A DNA stretch of 55,428 nucleotides from Actinomycetes bacterium (GCA_021793335.1 JAJYSW010000001.1:1-55428); one strand, 5' to 3'. Positions 1-9,951 are shown, counted from the stretch's first letter. Notes: a model not told the origin generated them from the sequence alone. Program-made: numbers and translations.

Positions 1-38
1 GCGAACGCCACGAACGCGGCGATGATGACTGCTCTCAC
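1..38 (-). CDS. mraY: Phospho-N-acetylmuramoyl-pentapeptide transferase, 5' fragment (runs off window)
   Basis: GTG at 38 overlaps the murF stop (GTGA) and reads MRAVIIAAFVAF. This hydrophobic start and its position after murF match actinobacterial mraY. Confidence 0.75.
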   Translation of the reverse strand, partial: MRAVIIAAFVAF

Positions 39-1441
39 TGGTCGTTGTCCTCCTTGGGGCGCAGGTGGTCGGCGACGTCCCAGGTGCGGTGGCGGGAGCC
101 TTTCACCAGGACGGTGTCGCCGGAACGCAGCCGATGCCGCAGCAGTTCGATGGCCGCGGTCTGGTCGGGTACGTGGGTTGCGGTGACGCCGTCGGCGGCG
201 CCGGGGTGGTGTGCGGGGTCGGTTCCGGCCACGCCTTCGATGATGGGTTCGGTGCCTTCGCCGATCGCGATGAGTTCGTCGACGCCGGCTTCGGCGGCCT
301 GCTCGCCCACGCGGCGGTGGCACTCGTCGCTGAGCGCTTCGAGGTCGGCCATGAGACCGAGGACCGCGATGCGGCGCCCGGTGGTGGGGAGCTGGCCGAG
401 TGCGCGGATGGCCGCGCCCATCGAGGCCGGGTTGGCGTTGTAGGAGTCGTCGATGACGGTGGTGCCGTCGGGGAGGGTGAAGACGTCCATCCTTCGCTCG
501 GATCGGCGTCCGGCTTCGGAGAGCTGATCGGCGATGTGCTCGGGGTCCGCTCCGAGCCGCCAGGCGACGGCGGCGGCGGCGAGCGCGTTGTGGACGTGGT
601 GTCCGCCCCACAGCCGGAGCCGGACCGGGGCGTCGCCGTCGGGCGTGCGGAGGGTGAAGTGGTGGCGGCCGTCGCCGGGGTCGAGGTCGAGGGCGGCGAT
701 GTCGGCGGGTTCGGTGACGCCGAAGGTCACGACTTGGGCGCGGGCGCGTTCGGCCATGGCGGCGACGCGCGGGTCGTCGGCGTTCAGGACGGCGGTGCCT
801 TCGGGGGCGAGGAAGCGCGGCAGTTCGCTCTTGGCCTCGGCGGTGGTCTCGATCGAGCCGAATCCGTCGAGGTGGGAGATGCCGACGTTGAGCACGACTC
901 CGATGTCCGGCGGGGCGATCTCGCACAGTTGGGTGATGTGCCCGATGCCGCGGGCGGCCAGTTCGAGCACGAGGTGTCGGGTGTCCGGTTCGACGCGGCA
1001 GACGGTGTAGGGGTGGCCCAGTTCGTTGTTGAAGTTGCCTTCGGTGGCCACGGTGGGGCCGAGGCTCGCGCACAGTTGGCCGATGAGGTCTTTGGTGGAG
1101 GTCTTGCCGTTGGAGCCGGTGACGCCCACGACGGTGGCCGAGCTGCGGCGGGCCACGGAGCGGGCCAGGGCGGCGAGGGCGCGCAGGCCGTCTTCGACAT
1201 GGATCGCGGGCGCGTCGACCGGGCGGCTCGCGAGGGTCGCGACCGCGCCTCGGGCGGCGGCGGTCGGGACGAAGTCGTGTCCGTCGACCTTCGCGCCGGG
1301 GAGGGCCAGGAACAGCCCGCCGGGGCCGATCTTGCGGGAGTCGTGCTCGATCCCGCCGGTGACGATGGCCTCCGGGTCCGCCGTATCGCTCAGTCGGCCT
1401 TCGACGGCGGCGGCGACCTCGGCCAGGCTCATGGGGATCAC
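35..1441 (-). CDS. murF: UDP-N-acetylmuramoyl-tripeptide--D-Ala-D-Ala ligase
   Basis: C-terminal half of the 905-aa ORF. GTG at 1441 follows AGGAGG. Motifs DSRKI, GVTGSNGKTSTK, GNFNNELG, IDDSYNANP, VLVKGSR. Confidence 0.96.
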   Translation of the reverse strand: MIPMSLAEVAAAVEGRLSDTADPEAIVTGGIEHDSRKIGPGGLFLALPGAKVDGHDFVPTAAARGAVATLASRPVDAPAIHVEDGLRALAALARSVARRSSATVVGVTGSNGKTSTKDLIGQLCASLGPTVATEGNFNNELGHPYTVCRVEPDTRHLVLELAARGIGHITQLCEIAPPDIGVVLNVGISHLDGFGSIETTAEAKSELPRFLAPEGTAVLNADDPRVAAMAERARAQVVTFGVTEPADIAALDLDPGDGRHHFTLRTPDGDAPVRLRLWGGHHVHNALAAAAVAWRLGADPEHIADQLSEAGRRSERRMDVFTLPDGTTVIDDSYNANPASMGAAIRALGQLPTTGRRIAVLGLMADLEALSDECHRRVGEQAAEAGVDELIAIGEGTEPIIEGVAGTDPAHHPGAADGVTATHVPDQTAAIELLRHRLRSGDTVLVKGSRHRTWDVADHLRPKEDNDQ

Positions 1442-1473
1442 GCGGCGGCTCCTCCTGTTCGATTTGGTGAGTG

Positions 1474-2964
1474 CTATGCGGGCGACTCGACCCAGCCGAC
1501 TTCGCGCAGCGCTGCGGACAGCAGTTCGCGGTCGTCGCTTTCCACCGGGCCGTCGGCGGTCTCGATGACCGTCTCGTGCCCCTTGCCGAGCAAGGCGATG
1601 GTGTCGCCGGGAGCGGCCAGGCTCGCGGCCTCGCGTACGGCGCGCTCCCGCCCCGGAATAGTACGGCAGGGCACGCCCCGCACGGCGGCGGCCACCTCGT
1701 CGCGGATGCGCGCGGGGTCCTCGGTGCGCGGATTGTCGTCGGTGACGATGACGGTGTCGGCGCCGCCGGCCGCCGCGGCTCCCATGAGCGGGCGTTTGGA
1801 GCGGTCGCGGTCGCCGCCCGCACCGAGGATCGCGATGACCCGGCCGGGGGTCGATTCCCGGAGCGAGCCGAGGACGGCGGCGATCGCCTCGGGTTTGTGG
1901 GCGTAGTCGACCACGCCGCGGACGGGGGCCGATCCGGAGACCAGTTCCATGCGGCCGGGCACGCCGCGGCAGGCGGCGATGCCGTCGAGGCCGGTGGCGA
2001 GGTCGACGCCGACCGCTTCGAGCAGGGCCGCGGCGAGTGCGGCGTTGGCCACGTTGTGACGTCCGGGCATGTTGACTCGTCCGGGGAAGTCGCCGGTGGG
2101 GCCGTGGAGGACGAAGTTCTGGGTGAACCCGTCGGCGGCGATGTCCGAGGCTCGGTAGTCGGCGCTCGGGTCTTCCAGGGAGAAGGCCAGACTCCGGGGG
2201 CCGGCGAGGGCGGCGACGCGCGCGTCGTCGGCGTTGAGGATCGCGGTCTCGGCGCGGCCGTCGAACAGCATGGCCTTGGCGTTGAAGTAGTCGTCGAGGT
2301 CGGCGTGGAAGTCGAGGTGGTCGGTTCCGAACATGGTGTAGCCGGCGACGGCGAAACGGCAACCGGCGACCCTGCCGAGCGCGAGGGCGTGGCTGGAGAC
2401 CTCCATGACCACGTCGGTGACGCCGTGTTCGAGCGCTGAGGCCAGGAGCGCCTGTAGTTCGGGGGCTTCGGGGGTGGTGCGTTCGGAGCGGACGACCTGG
2501 TCGGCGATGCGGGTTTCGACGGTGCCGATGATGCCGGTGGTGCGCCCGGCGTGGGCGAGACCGGCTTCGACGAGGTAGGCGGTGGAGGTCTTGCCGTTGG
2601 TGCCGGTGATGCCGATCAGGTTGAGGTGCCGGGACGGTTCGCCCCAGATTCGGGCGGCGATGGGGCCGGTGAGCGCACGGGGGTCGTCCACGACCAGGAC
2701 GGGCAGGCGGTCCGCGACGATTTCGGCGCCTCGGGCGTCGGTGAGGACGCACACTGCGCCGCGTTCGGCGGCCTGCTCGGTGAACTCGGCGCCGTGGCGG
2801 CGGGCTCCGGGCAGGGCGGCGAAGAGGTCGCCGGGCTCGACGAGGGCGGCGGCGAGGCTCACGCCGGTGACGGTGAGCTCGGATGCCTTCGCCGCGGGGA
2901 CCAGGTCGTCGAGATCGGCGACCCGGTAGGGCCTGGTGCCCTCGGGTCGCGGAAAGGTTGACAC
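1474..2964 (-). CDS. murE: UDP-N-acetylmuramoyl-dipeptide--diamino acid ligase
   Basis: Motifs GITGTNGKTST, TTPEA, MEVSSHAL, DHLDFH, VVDYAHKP, DDNPRTE (DNPR indicates DAP preference), GKGHE. Confidence 0.96.
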   Translation of the reverse strand: MSTFPRPEGTRPYRVADLDDLVPAAKASELTVTGVSLAAALVEPGDLFAALPGARRHGAEFTEQAAERGAVCVLTDARGAEIVADRLPVLVVDDPRALTGPIAARIWGEPSRHLNLIGITGTNGKTSTAYLVEAGLAHAGRTTGIIGTVETRIADQVVRSERTTPEAPELQALLASALEHGVTDVVMEVSSHALALGRVAGCRFAVAGYTMFGTDHLDFHADLDDYFNAKAMLFDGRAETAILNADDARVAALAGPRSLAFSLEDPSADYRASDIAADGFTQNFVLHGPTGDFPGRVNMPGRHNVANAALAAALLEAVGVDLATGLDGIAACRGVPGRMELVSGSAPVRGVVDYAHKPEAIAAVLGSLRESTPGRVIAILGAGGDRDRSKRPLMGAAAAGGADTVIVTDDNPRTEDPARIRDEVAAAVRGVPCRTIPGRERAVREAASLAAPGDTIALLGKGHETVIETADGPVESDDRELLSAALREVGWVESPA

Positions 2965-3020
2965 GGCCTGACCCTACACCGGTGCGGCGGACCGGGAAAT
3001 GATCACTGCGACTTGTCCGG

Positions 3021-3494
3021 TCAGGTGATGTCGTCGAGGTTGCCCGACCATGTGGCGAGTAGTTCGGCGAGTTGTGACGCCTGTTCGCAGTCGATGGCGT
3101 CGAGGAATACCTTGCGCACGAGCGAGAGGATGCACGGGGCGGCCGCCTCCAGTCGCTCGCGTCCGGTTTCGGTGAGGGTGACCCAGGTGGCGCGGTTGTC
3201 CCGCTCGCATTTGTGCGGGTCGACCAGGCCCATGTCGGCGAGTTTCCTGACCTGGTATGTGACGGCGCTCTTGGCGGTGACGATGCGGTCGGCCAGTTCG
3301 CTCATGCGCAGGCGGTGGCCCTCGGCGTCGGCGAGGCGCACGAGGATCTCGTATTGGGTGTGGGAAATGCCGTGGTGGTCTTGGAGGCGCCGGTCGATCT
3401 GCTGCTCCAGCCGGTGGGTGACGGTCAGGAACTGCGTCCAGACGGCGTTCGCGCCCGGTGAGAGCCACCGGCTCTCGAAGTCTCCCGCGCTCAT
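3021..3494 (-). CDS. MarR-family transcriptional regulator
   Basis: GISHTQYEILVRL...LRMSELAD...VTYQVRKL...DNRATWVTLTETG winged-helix pattern. Confidence 0.9.
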   Translation of the reverse strand: MSAGDFESRWLSPGANAVWTQFLTVTHRLEQQIDRRLQDHHGISHTQYEILVRLADAEGHRLRMSELADRIVTAKSAVTYQVRKLADMGLVDPHKCERDNRATWVTLTETGRERLEAAAPCILSLVRKVFLDAIDCEQASQLAELLATWSGNLDDIT

Positions 3495-3735
3495 TCCCGG
3501 CCTCCCCTCTCGCCCCGGCCCATAGGCGGTTCAATTTCGAACCATCTTACCTCTCGATGCGGCCCGTCCGGGCGTCCGCGCAGGCGGGGTCACGGGGGAG
3601 CGCCGAGGCGACGGAGCGGGCCCTCTGTGAGGCGCGGGCCCGTTCACGACCCCACCGAAAATGAACAACATTCGCGTCCTACGCTGTACGCCGATACGTC
3701 CACTCGGCCTCGAACACCCGAAGGACCCTCCCGCT

Positions 3736-4752
3736 TTGAACGGTACCGCCGCGCACACCGCCGACGCGCCTTCGGCCCGGCGCCTGCTCTCCTTCCCCGT
3801 CATCGCCCTCGCCGCCGTCGTCCTCCTGATCGCCCCCGCCTCGCAGACGTCCGCGCAGGAAGAGGGGGCCTCCGCGGGGCTGAGCCAGGCCATCGAGGAC
3901 TACCTCGACGCCCAGGACGAACTGGCCGCGCTCGAACAGGAGCAAGAAGACCTCGAAACGGAGCTGGCGGACTCCGAGGCCGAGGTCGAAGCGCTCACCG
4001 AGGAACTCGACGAATACGCCTACATCGCGTACACCAGCTCCGATTTCCAGTCGACGGCGGCGATCATGGCCTCGGGCGACCCGACCCAGGCGCTCGACGC
4101 GATGACCATGCTCGAATTCCTCGGCGAGTCGCGCGCCGACCGATTGAACGGCCTCATCGACCGCCTCGCCGAGATCGAGGCGACACAGCAGACCCTCGAC
4201 GACAACATCGCCGAGCAGGAGCAGGTCACCGCGGACATGGAGGCCGCCCGCGACGCGGCCGCCCGCGAGATGGCCGCCTCCGGCGGCGACAGCGCCACGG
4301 GCCCCTCCCCCGGCGACTTCCCCACTCCCGAGAGCGTGCCGCGCAACGCCGACGGGACGCTTCCCTACGAGGGCTGCACCGAGAACGACCCCACCACCAA
4401 CGGCTGCGTGAGCCCGCGCACGCTCCACGCCCTGGAACAGTCCCAGATCGCGGGCTTCACCCGATTCGTCAGCTGCTACCGGCCCGGCTCCTCGGGCGAG
4501 CACCCCAAGGGCCGGGCCTGCGACTTCTCGGCGCAGGCCGGCGGCTTCGGGGGCCACGCCTCCGGCGCGGACCGGACCTACGGCGACAACCTGGCGGCAT
4601 GGCTGGTCGAGAACTCCAGCGAGCTCGGAGTGCAGTACGTCATCTGGTACCGGCAGATCTGGTTCCCCTCCAGCGGGTGGAGGACCTACTCGGGCGCGTA
4701 CGGCGACCCGTCCTCGGACCACACCAACCACGTCCACTTGAGCGTCCGATGA
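3736..4752 (+). CDS. Secreted coiled-coil protein with C-terminal M15/LAS-like Zn-peptidase domain (putative peptidoglycan hydrolase)
   Basis: TTG at 3736 follows GAAGGA. Signal peptide ends ..SAQ, then a long acidic coiled coil. C-terminal EHPKGRACD and HTNHVH give H-x6-D and HxH Zn ligands. Confidence 0.75.
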   Translation: MNGTAAHTADAPSARRLLSFPVIALAAVVLLIAPASQTSAQEEGASAGLSQAIEDYLDAQDELAALEQEQEDLETELADSEAEVEALTEELDEYAYIAYTSSDFQSTAAIMASGDPTQALDAMTMLEFLGESRADRLNGLIDRLAEIEATQQTLDDNIAEQEQVTADMEAARDAAAREMAASGGDSATGPSPGDFPTPESVPRNADGTLPYEGCTENDPTTNGCVSPRTLHALEQSQIAGFTRFVSCYRPGSSGEHPKGRACDFSAQAGGFGGHASGADRTYGDNLAAWLVENSSELGVQYVIWYRQIWFPSSGWRTYSGAYGDPSSDHTNHVHLSVR

Positions 4753-4810
4753 GACCTCATTCACCGAACGACACCAGATGAGGCTCGCTCATACTGTGTA
4801 CTGTGGTTGC

Positions 4811-6043
4811 ATGACGATCGGACGCTCCTCCATCACCAGGCGCGGCGCTCTGACCGCAGGGATCGCAGCGGTCGGTCTGGCCGCCTGCTCGGACGAGACC
4901 GGGATCATCGGCTCCGGCGAAGCGGAAGAGGAAACCCCCGTCAGCGCCGCGAAGGTCACCCTCACCCCGGGCGACGGCGCCACCGATGCCACGGCCGCCA
5001 CCGAGTTCGCCTGGACCGTCGAGGACGGCACCTTCACCGAATTCACGCTGACCGATGCCGCGGGCAACGCGGTCGAAGGCGAGATGCACCCCGACGGCGC
5101 CACCTGGATCCCGGCCGCGCCGCTCGCGTGGGAGACCGCCTACACCGCCGCGGTCAGCGCCGAGGACGCGGACGGCGTCCCCGTCACCGTCGAATCGACG
5201 TTCACCACCATCGCCTCTCCGGCCGACCGCGTCACACTGGAGAACTACCTGCCCGGCGAGGGCTCCGTCGTCGGCCAGGCCGCAGTACTGGCCTTCCGCT
5301 TCGTCGACTACGAGATCCCCGAGGACCTGCGCCGAGCGGTCGAGCGACGCCTGTTCGTCAGCTCCGAGCCGGCCCAGGAGGGCTCGTGGCACTGGATCAC
5401 CGGCCGCGCGCTCGAATACCGGCCCAAGGAATACTGGCAGCCGAACACGCAGGTCAGCGTGCGGCTCGCGCTCGGCGGCCTCCCGCTCGGCGACGGCCGG
5501 TACGGCGAATACGACGTGGAGACGGTCTTCGACGTCGACGCCGAGGCCCGGATGCTCGAAGCCGACGACGCCACCAAGCAGCTGCGCGCCTACCAGGACG
5601 GCACGATCGTCCAGACCATCCCGATCGCGCTGGGCGCCGACGAGATCGACGGCCATGACGCGCGCTCCTTCGAAGGCCACATGATCATCATGAGCCGCGA
5701 AGAGGAATCGACGTTCGTCTCCGACCTCTACGACTACGAGACCGACGTCAAATGGGCGATGCGGCTGACCTTCAGCGGCCAGTACGTCCACGGCGCGCCG
5801 TGGGCCGAGAACGCGCTCGGCAAGGAGAACATCTCCCACGGGTGCATCAACGTCACCGACGAGATGGGCGAGTGGCTCTACAACTTCGTCCGCTGGGGCG
5901 ACCCGGTCGTGGTGCTGGGCACCGGGCGCGCACTGCCGCAGGGCGACGGGTTCACCAGCTGGGACCTCGACTGGGAGACCCTCGTGGCCGGCTCGTATCT
6001 CGAACCGGAGACCGACGCGGAGAGCTCCGGCGAGGACGGCTGA
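4811..6043 (+). CDS. L,D-transpeptidase lipoprotein (Ig-like + YkuD domains)
   Basis: TRRGAL twin-arginine and LAAC lipobox; YRPKEYW; catalytic VHGAPW...SHGCIN. Confidence 0.93.
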   Translation: MTIGRSSITRRGALTAGIAAVGLAACSDETGIIGSGEAEEETPVSAAKVTLTPGDGATDATAATEFAWTVEDGTFTEFTLTDAAGNAVEGEMHPDGATWIPAAPLAWETAYTAAVSAEDADGVPVTVESTFTTIASPADRVTLENYLPGEGSVVGQAAVLAFRFVDYEIPEDLRRAVERRLFVSSEPAQEGSWHWITGRALEYRPKEYWQPNTQVSVRLALGGLPLGDGRYGEYDVETVFDVDAEARMLEADDATKQLRAYQDGTIVQTIPIALGADEIDGHDARSFEGHMIIMSREEESTFVSDLYDYETDVKWAMRLTFSGQYVHGAPWAENALGKENISHGCINVTDEMGEWLYNFVRWGDPVVVLGTGRALPQGDGFTSWDLDWETLVAGSYLEPETDAESSGEDG

Positions 6044-6059
6044 GCCGGGCGCGAACCGC

Positions 6060-6401
6060 TCAGCTCACGGATTCGCCGACCTTCGGGTCCGCGGCCTGGG
6101 GGTGCTCCTCCAGGATGCGCCGGTGCGCCCAGCGCTCGATGAAGAACGAGCCGACCGGGACGGTGCCGCCCAGCAGCAGCCCCACGGTGTGGGGCCAGAA
6201 ACTCCAACCGGCCTGTTGTGCCAGGTGGAAACCGAGCACCAGGTAGACCATGTAGCACAGGCCGTGGATCGGGCTGATGACCGACACGAGCAGGTCATTG
6301 TCCGCGAAATACTTCATCGGCATCGCCACGAACACGAGCCCGATGAGGAACGTGCCCACGATCCAGGCGACGATGCGGAATCGCTTCAAAGCGGCGTTCA
6401 T
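6060..6401 (-). CDS. DUF3817-type membrane protein
   Basis: Three TM segments; FRIVAWIVG..., PIHGLCYMVYL, GTVPVGSFFIER. Confidence 0.8.
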   Translation of the reverse strand: MNAALKRFRIVAWIVGTFLIGLVFVAMPMKYFADNDLLVSVISPIHGLCYMVYLVLGFHLAQQAGWSFWPHTVGLLLGGTVPVGSFFIERWAHRRILEEHPQAADPKVGESVS

Positions 6402-6757
6402 GCGGTTCTCTCCCGGTTCGGATCGGATAGGGGCCGCCCGGATCCCGGATCGGCCTCGGCGTCGTTCCGCCGAGCCCGCAGGATCGCATCCTCGAACGGC
6501 GAAGTGATCGGCGGCGGTTCATTGCGGCGGCGCCGTGCCTCGGGGTCGTCCTTGCGCAGCTCCAGTCGCATCTGCCGTATCCACAGCGAGACGGTGAACA
6601 ACGCGAACAGCGGCCATTCGAAGGCGTACCCCCAACTGATGGCGCTTCCGCCCTGGGCCCGGCTGAGCTGCCACCAGCCGAGCAGCACGAAACCCGTCGT
6701 CAGCACCACGGCGAAGAAGTGGAGGACGAGCCACGGGGGCGTCAGCAGGCGGCGCAC
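6398..6757 (-). CDS. Small membrane protein (SURF1-like N-terminus), coupled to the DUF3817 gene
   Basis: LLTPPW...LGWWQLSRA...GYAFEWPLFA; ATGA overlap with the next gene. Confidence 0.75.
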   Translation of the reverse strand: MRRLLTPPWLVLHFFAVVLTTGFVLLGWWQLSRAQGGSAISWGYAFEWPLFALFTVSLWIRQMRLELRKDDPEARRRRNEPPPITSPFEDAILRARRNDAEADPGSGRPLSDPNRERTA

Positions 6758-6822
6758 ACAGCCAGACTATGGCGGTCCGACCGGAGTTGCCACACGGGGG
6801 CGGCCCGTGGTGACATAGGCCG

Positions 6823-7749
6823 GTGACCGATGATCTACCGCCGGCAGGCGCCGTCCCGCCCCTGCCGAAGCCCGACCCCGAACGAGTGCGGGAACTCCTC
6901 CTCGACTGGTGCGGCGCCGATCCCGAGGACGCGCTCGCCGCCGCCGAGGCCGTCAGCGGCCTCGACGGGGAACTGCTCGCGCTCGCGGGCCGAATGCACC
7001 ATTCGATCGCCGAGGACATGGGCGGGAGGCTGTGGCGGCGCTGGCCGAAGCCCTCCCCCGACAGCCCGGACCCCGAGCGGCTCCTCGGGCTCTACCCGTT
7101 GCTGGCCGCCGTGCCGCTCATGCTCGACTTCCACCGCGGCATCGGCGTGGACGAGGACGGTTCCCGTCTCGTGCTCCAGGACATCGGCGAGAAACTGCGG
7201 CTCAACCGCGAACTCTACGGACGCCCCGGGCTCGACGTGGCGTTCTGGTTCACCGCTCACGTGCGCGGCACGATCTATCAGCTGGGCAGACTCCAGTTCT
7301 GCATGGAGGGGACGACCGCGAAGCCGCGGATCGGCCTGCACATCCGCGGCGAAGGCGGCCCGCTCACACCCGAGGCGGTCCGGTCCTCGGTGGAGCAGGC
7401 GCTCGAATTCTTCCCGGCGAAATTCCCCGACCTGTTCCCCTCGGGGCGGTCGATGTCGTTCATGTGCTCCTCGTGGCTGCTCGACCCGCAACTGCGCGAT
7501 TGGCTGCCGGAGCGGTCCAATATCCTCAAGTTCGGCGCGCTGTTCGACCTGGTCGGACCGGCGACGTACGCGAACGCGAACCGACGCGACGACATCTGGC
7601 GTTTCGTGTTCGCCAGGACGCCGGACACACCGCTGGAGGAACTGCCGATGGAGCACACCCTCCAACGGTCGGTGCTGGCCGGGATCAAGGCGGGCGTGGA
7701 CTTCCAGACTCGCCTGGGGGACCTGAAGCGCGAGCGCCTCGGCCTGTGA
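6823..7749 (+). CDS. Acyltransferase of the teicoplanin Orf11*/Dbv8-like (NAT_N/GNAT_C, DUF5596) family
   Basis: Family-typical YQLGRLQF, LHI..GGPL, CSSWLLDPQL, SNILKF, TLQR motifs. Confidence 0.7.
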   Translation: MTDDLPPAGAVPPLPKPDPERVRELLLDWCGADPEDALAAAEAVSGLDGELLALAGRMHHSIAEDMGGRLWRRWPKPSPDSPDPERLLGLYPLLAAVPLMLDFHRGIGVDEDGSRLVLQDIGEKLRLNRELYGRPGLDVAFWFTAHVRGTIYQLGRLQFCMEGTTAKPRIGLHIRGEGGPLTPEAVRSSVEQALEFFPAKFPDLFPSGRSMSFMCSSWLLDPQLRDWLPERSNILKFGALFDLVGPATYANANRRDDIWRFVFARTPDTPLEELPMEHTLQRSVLAGIKAGVDFQTRLGDLKRERLGL

Positions 7750-7835
7750 GCCGGGGCGACCCCGCCGCATTCGTGTCCGCGACCCGGTGCCGGTATGGCG
7801 CACGCCGTCCGTCCCGCAGGCCATAAGGTGGGCTC

Positions 7836-8714
7836 ATGCGGATCGTCATGGCCGGATCGAGCGGTTATCTCGGGAGCGCGCTGCGGCGCGCATTGGAAGG
7901 CAGCGACATCGTGCGGCTGGTGCGCCGCACGCCCGGCGACGGCGACGAGATCCAGTGGGACCCCTACCGCGGCCCGCTCGACACCGCCATCCTGGACGGC
8001 GTCGACGCGGTGGTGAACCTGTGCGGGGCCTCCATCGGGGGCCGGCGCTGGAACACCGCCTATAAGCGGCGTCTTCGCGCCAGCCGCGTCATCCCCACGA
8101 AGGTCCTGTCCGAGGCCGTCGCCCGTGCCGGGGTGCCGCTCCTGATCAACGCCTCGGCGGTCGGCTGGTACGGCGACCGGGCCGACGTGCCGGTCGACGA
8201 GCGCACGCCCGCGGCGGCCGATTTCCTCGGGAAGACGGCGCTGGCGTGGGAGACGGCCACGGACCCGGCCCGAGAGGCCGGGGCGCGGGTGGTCAAGCTG
8301 CGCACCGGCCACGTTCTGGGTCCGGGCAGCGAACTGCTGGGCAGGCTGGTACCGACCTATAAGTGGTTCCTCGGCGGACGGTTCGGGAACGGCCGCCAAT
8401 TCGTCCCGTGGATCTCCCTGCGCGACTGGGTCCGGGCCGTCGAATTCCTCATGGACGGGGAGGTGGACGGACCGGTCAACCTGGTCGGCCCGACGCCGGT
8501 GCGGAACCGGGAGTTCACCCGGGCGATCGCCGCGGTGCTGCACCGGCCCGCGCCGTGGATCATTCCCGGCTGGGCGGCGCGGCTGGTCGCGGGCGAGGCG
8601 GCCGTCGAGATGCTGCGCGGCGCCGATGTCAGGCCGAAGGTTCTGGAGTCCTCGGGCTTCGAATACCGTGACCGGTCCGTTCTCGACGCCTTGCAGTGGG
8701 CGCTCGATCGATGA
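7836..8714 (+). CDS. TIGR01777-family NAD-dependent epimerase/oxidoreductase
   Basis: AGSSGYLG, VVNLCGASI..RRW, ASAVGWYG, GNGRQFVPWI, GPVNLVGP. Confidence 0.92.
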   Translation: MRIVMAGSSGYLGSALRRALEGSDIVRLVRRTPGDGDEIQWDPYRGPLDTAILDGVDAVVNLCGASIGGRRWNTAYKRRLRASRVIPTKVLSEAVARAGVPLLINASAVGWYGDRADVPVDERTPAAADFLGKTALAWETATDPAREAGARVVKLRTGHVLGPGSELLGRLVPTYKWFLGGRFGNGRQFVPWISLRDWVRAVEFLMDGEVDGPVNLVGPTPVRNREFTRAIAAVLHRPAPWIIPGWAARLVAGEAAVEMLRGADVRPKVLESSGFEYRDRSVLDALQWALDR

Positions 8715-8741
8715 GCGCCCGGCCGGGCCCTTCGCGATCGG

Positions 8742-9815
8742 CTACTTCGGGTCGCGGTTCGAGACGGCCGGCGCAGCGCGGACGGGGCGCACGCCGGTCC
8801 CCGGCGGCGTGTTGAGCGTCTCGCCGAGCGCCGCGATGTTGTCGCGCACGGCTTCGGGATCACCGAGACCCTCGACGAACAGGAGCTGGCGGGCCACGCC
8901 GGTCGCCTCGGCGGAGACGGCCAGCCGCTCGGCGACGCGCTCGGCCGATCCGGCCGCGTGCCGGTCGATCATCCAGTCCACATAGGCGGCGTGGTCGCGT
9001 TCGGCACGGCCCGGTCTGAGGCTCACGTACTGGCCGACGCCGCGATTCAGCAGCTCGCTCAGCGTCCGCCGCAGCCGGTCGATGTCCGTCGAGGCCCCGA
9101 TCTGCGCCAGGTGGGTCGATACGTGCTCGGCCCCTTCGGGGTCGCAACCGTGCGCCTCGGCTTCACGCCGCCACGCGCCGATGAGGGCCGCGTGGTCCTC
9201 GTCGGGGGCGTGCATGCCGAGCAGCAGCGGCAGGCCGAGCCGGCCAGCCAGGCGGGCCGTTTCCTCGCTCGTCGCCGCGACCCACACCGGTCGGCCGTTG
9301 CCCGGCGGCATGACGCGCACCGGCAGCACATCGAAGAACTCCCCCGTATGGGAGACCTCCTCTTCGCCGGACAGCCAGTGCACCAGTAGCCGCAGTCCCT
9401 CCTCGAATCCGTGCTCGTACCGGCTCAGGCCGGTGCCGAAGACGTCGAGGTCGATCCACGGGCCGCCGCGTCCGACGCCGAGGCGGAACCTGCCGGGGGC
9501 CAGGGCCTCCAGCATCGCGGTCTCCTCGCCGAGTGCGACCGGGTGCCGGTTGGACAGGACCGCGACCGCGGTCCCCACCTGGATTCGCTCGGTGGCGGCG
9601 AGCAGGTGCGCGGCCATGAGCGTGGCCGAGGGGTTCGCGCCGTATTCGATGAAATGGTGCTCGGCGACCCAGACCCCGCCGAATCCGCCGGTCTCGGCGG
9701 CCTTGGCGTGGCCGACCAGGCGCCGCAGGGTCTCGCCGGGGCTGACGCCGGGGAACACGCCGCCGAGCAGGAACAGGTCATGTGCGGTCACGGGGGACTC
9801 CGTCGAACGTGCCAT
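8742..9815 (-). CDS. LLM-class flavin-dependent oxidoreductase
   Basis: VWVAEHHF, GTAVAVL..HPV..GE, RLGVGRG, VWVAATS. Start taken at ATG 9815. Confidence 0.88.
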   Translation of the reverse strand: MARSTESPVTAHDLFLLGGVFPGVSPGETLRRLVGHAKAAETGGFGGVWVAEHHFIEYGANPSATLMAAHLLAATERIQVGTAVAVLSNRHPVALGEETAMLEALAPGRFRLGVGRGGPWIDLDVFGTGLSRYEHGFEEGLRLLVHWLSGEEEVSHTGEFFDVLPVRVMPPGNGRPVWVAATSEETARLAGRLGLPLLLGMHAPDEDHAALIGAWRREAEAHGCDPEGAEHVSTHLAQIGASTDIDRLRRTLSELLNRGVGQYVSLRPGRAERDHAAYVDWMIDRHAAGSAERVAERLAVSAEATGVARQLLFVEGLGDPEAVRDNIAALGETLNTPPGTGVRPVRAAPAVSNRDPK

Positions 9816-9921
9816 GGCGGCGGGAGCGCCGCGCCGCCGGTCCGGGGCGTCGCTCGCGCCCCGTGCCCCCACGGTTCCATACCGGACCGCAGCGGGCAAG
9901 CACCAGTGTGGCGCACGCTGC

Positions 9922-9951
9922 AAGGGGCGCTCCCGGTCGGGAGCGCCCCTT
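9922..9951. terminator. Stem-loop downstream of the DAHP synthase gene
   Basis: aaggggcgctccc-ggtc-gggagcgcccctt, a perfect 13-bp stem. Confidence 0.65.

Noticed and set aside
35-2752. 905-aa ORF as a MurE-MurF fusion or extended MurF
   Set aside because: The N-terminal half is an Arg/Pro-rich off-frame read of murE. murE has its own stop and murF its own RBS.
3500-3735. c-di-AMP riboswitch before the cell-wall peptidase
   Set aside because: I did not see the conserved GAATC, GGGGAACC or GTCAGCTAAC segments.
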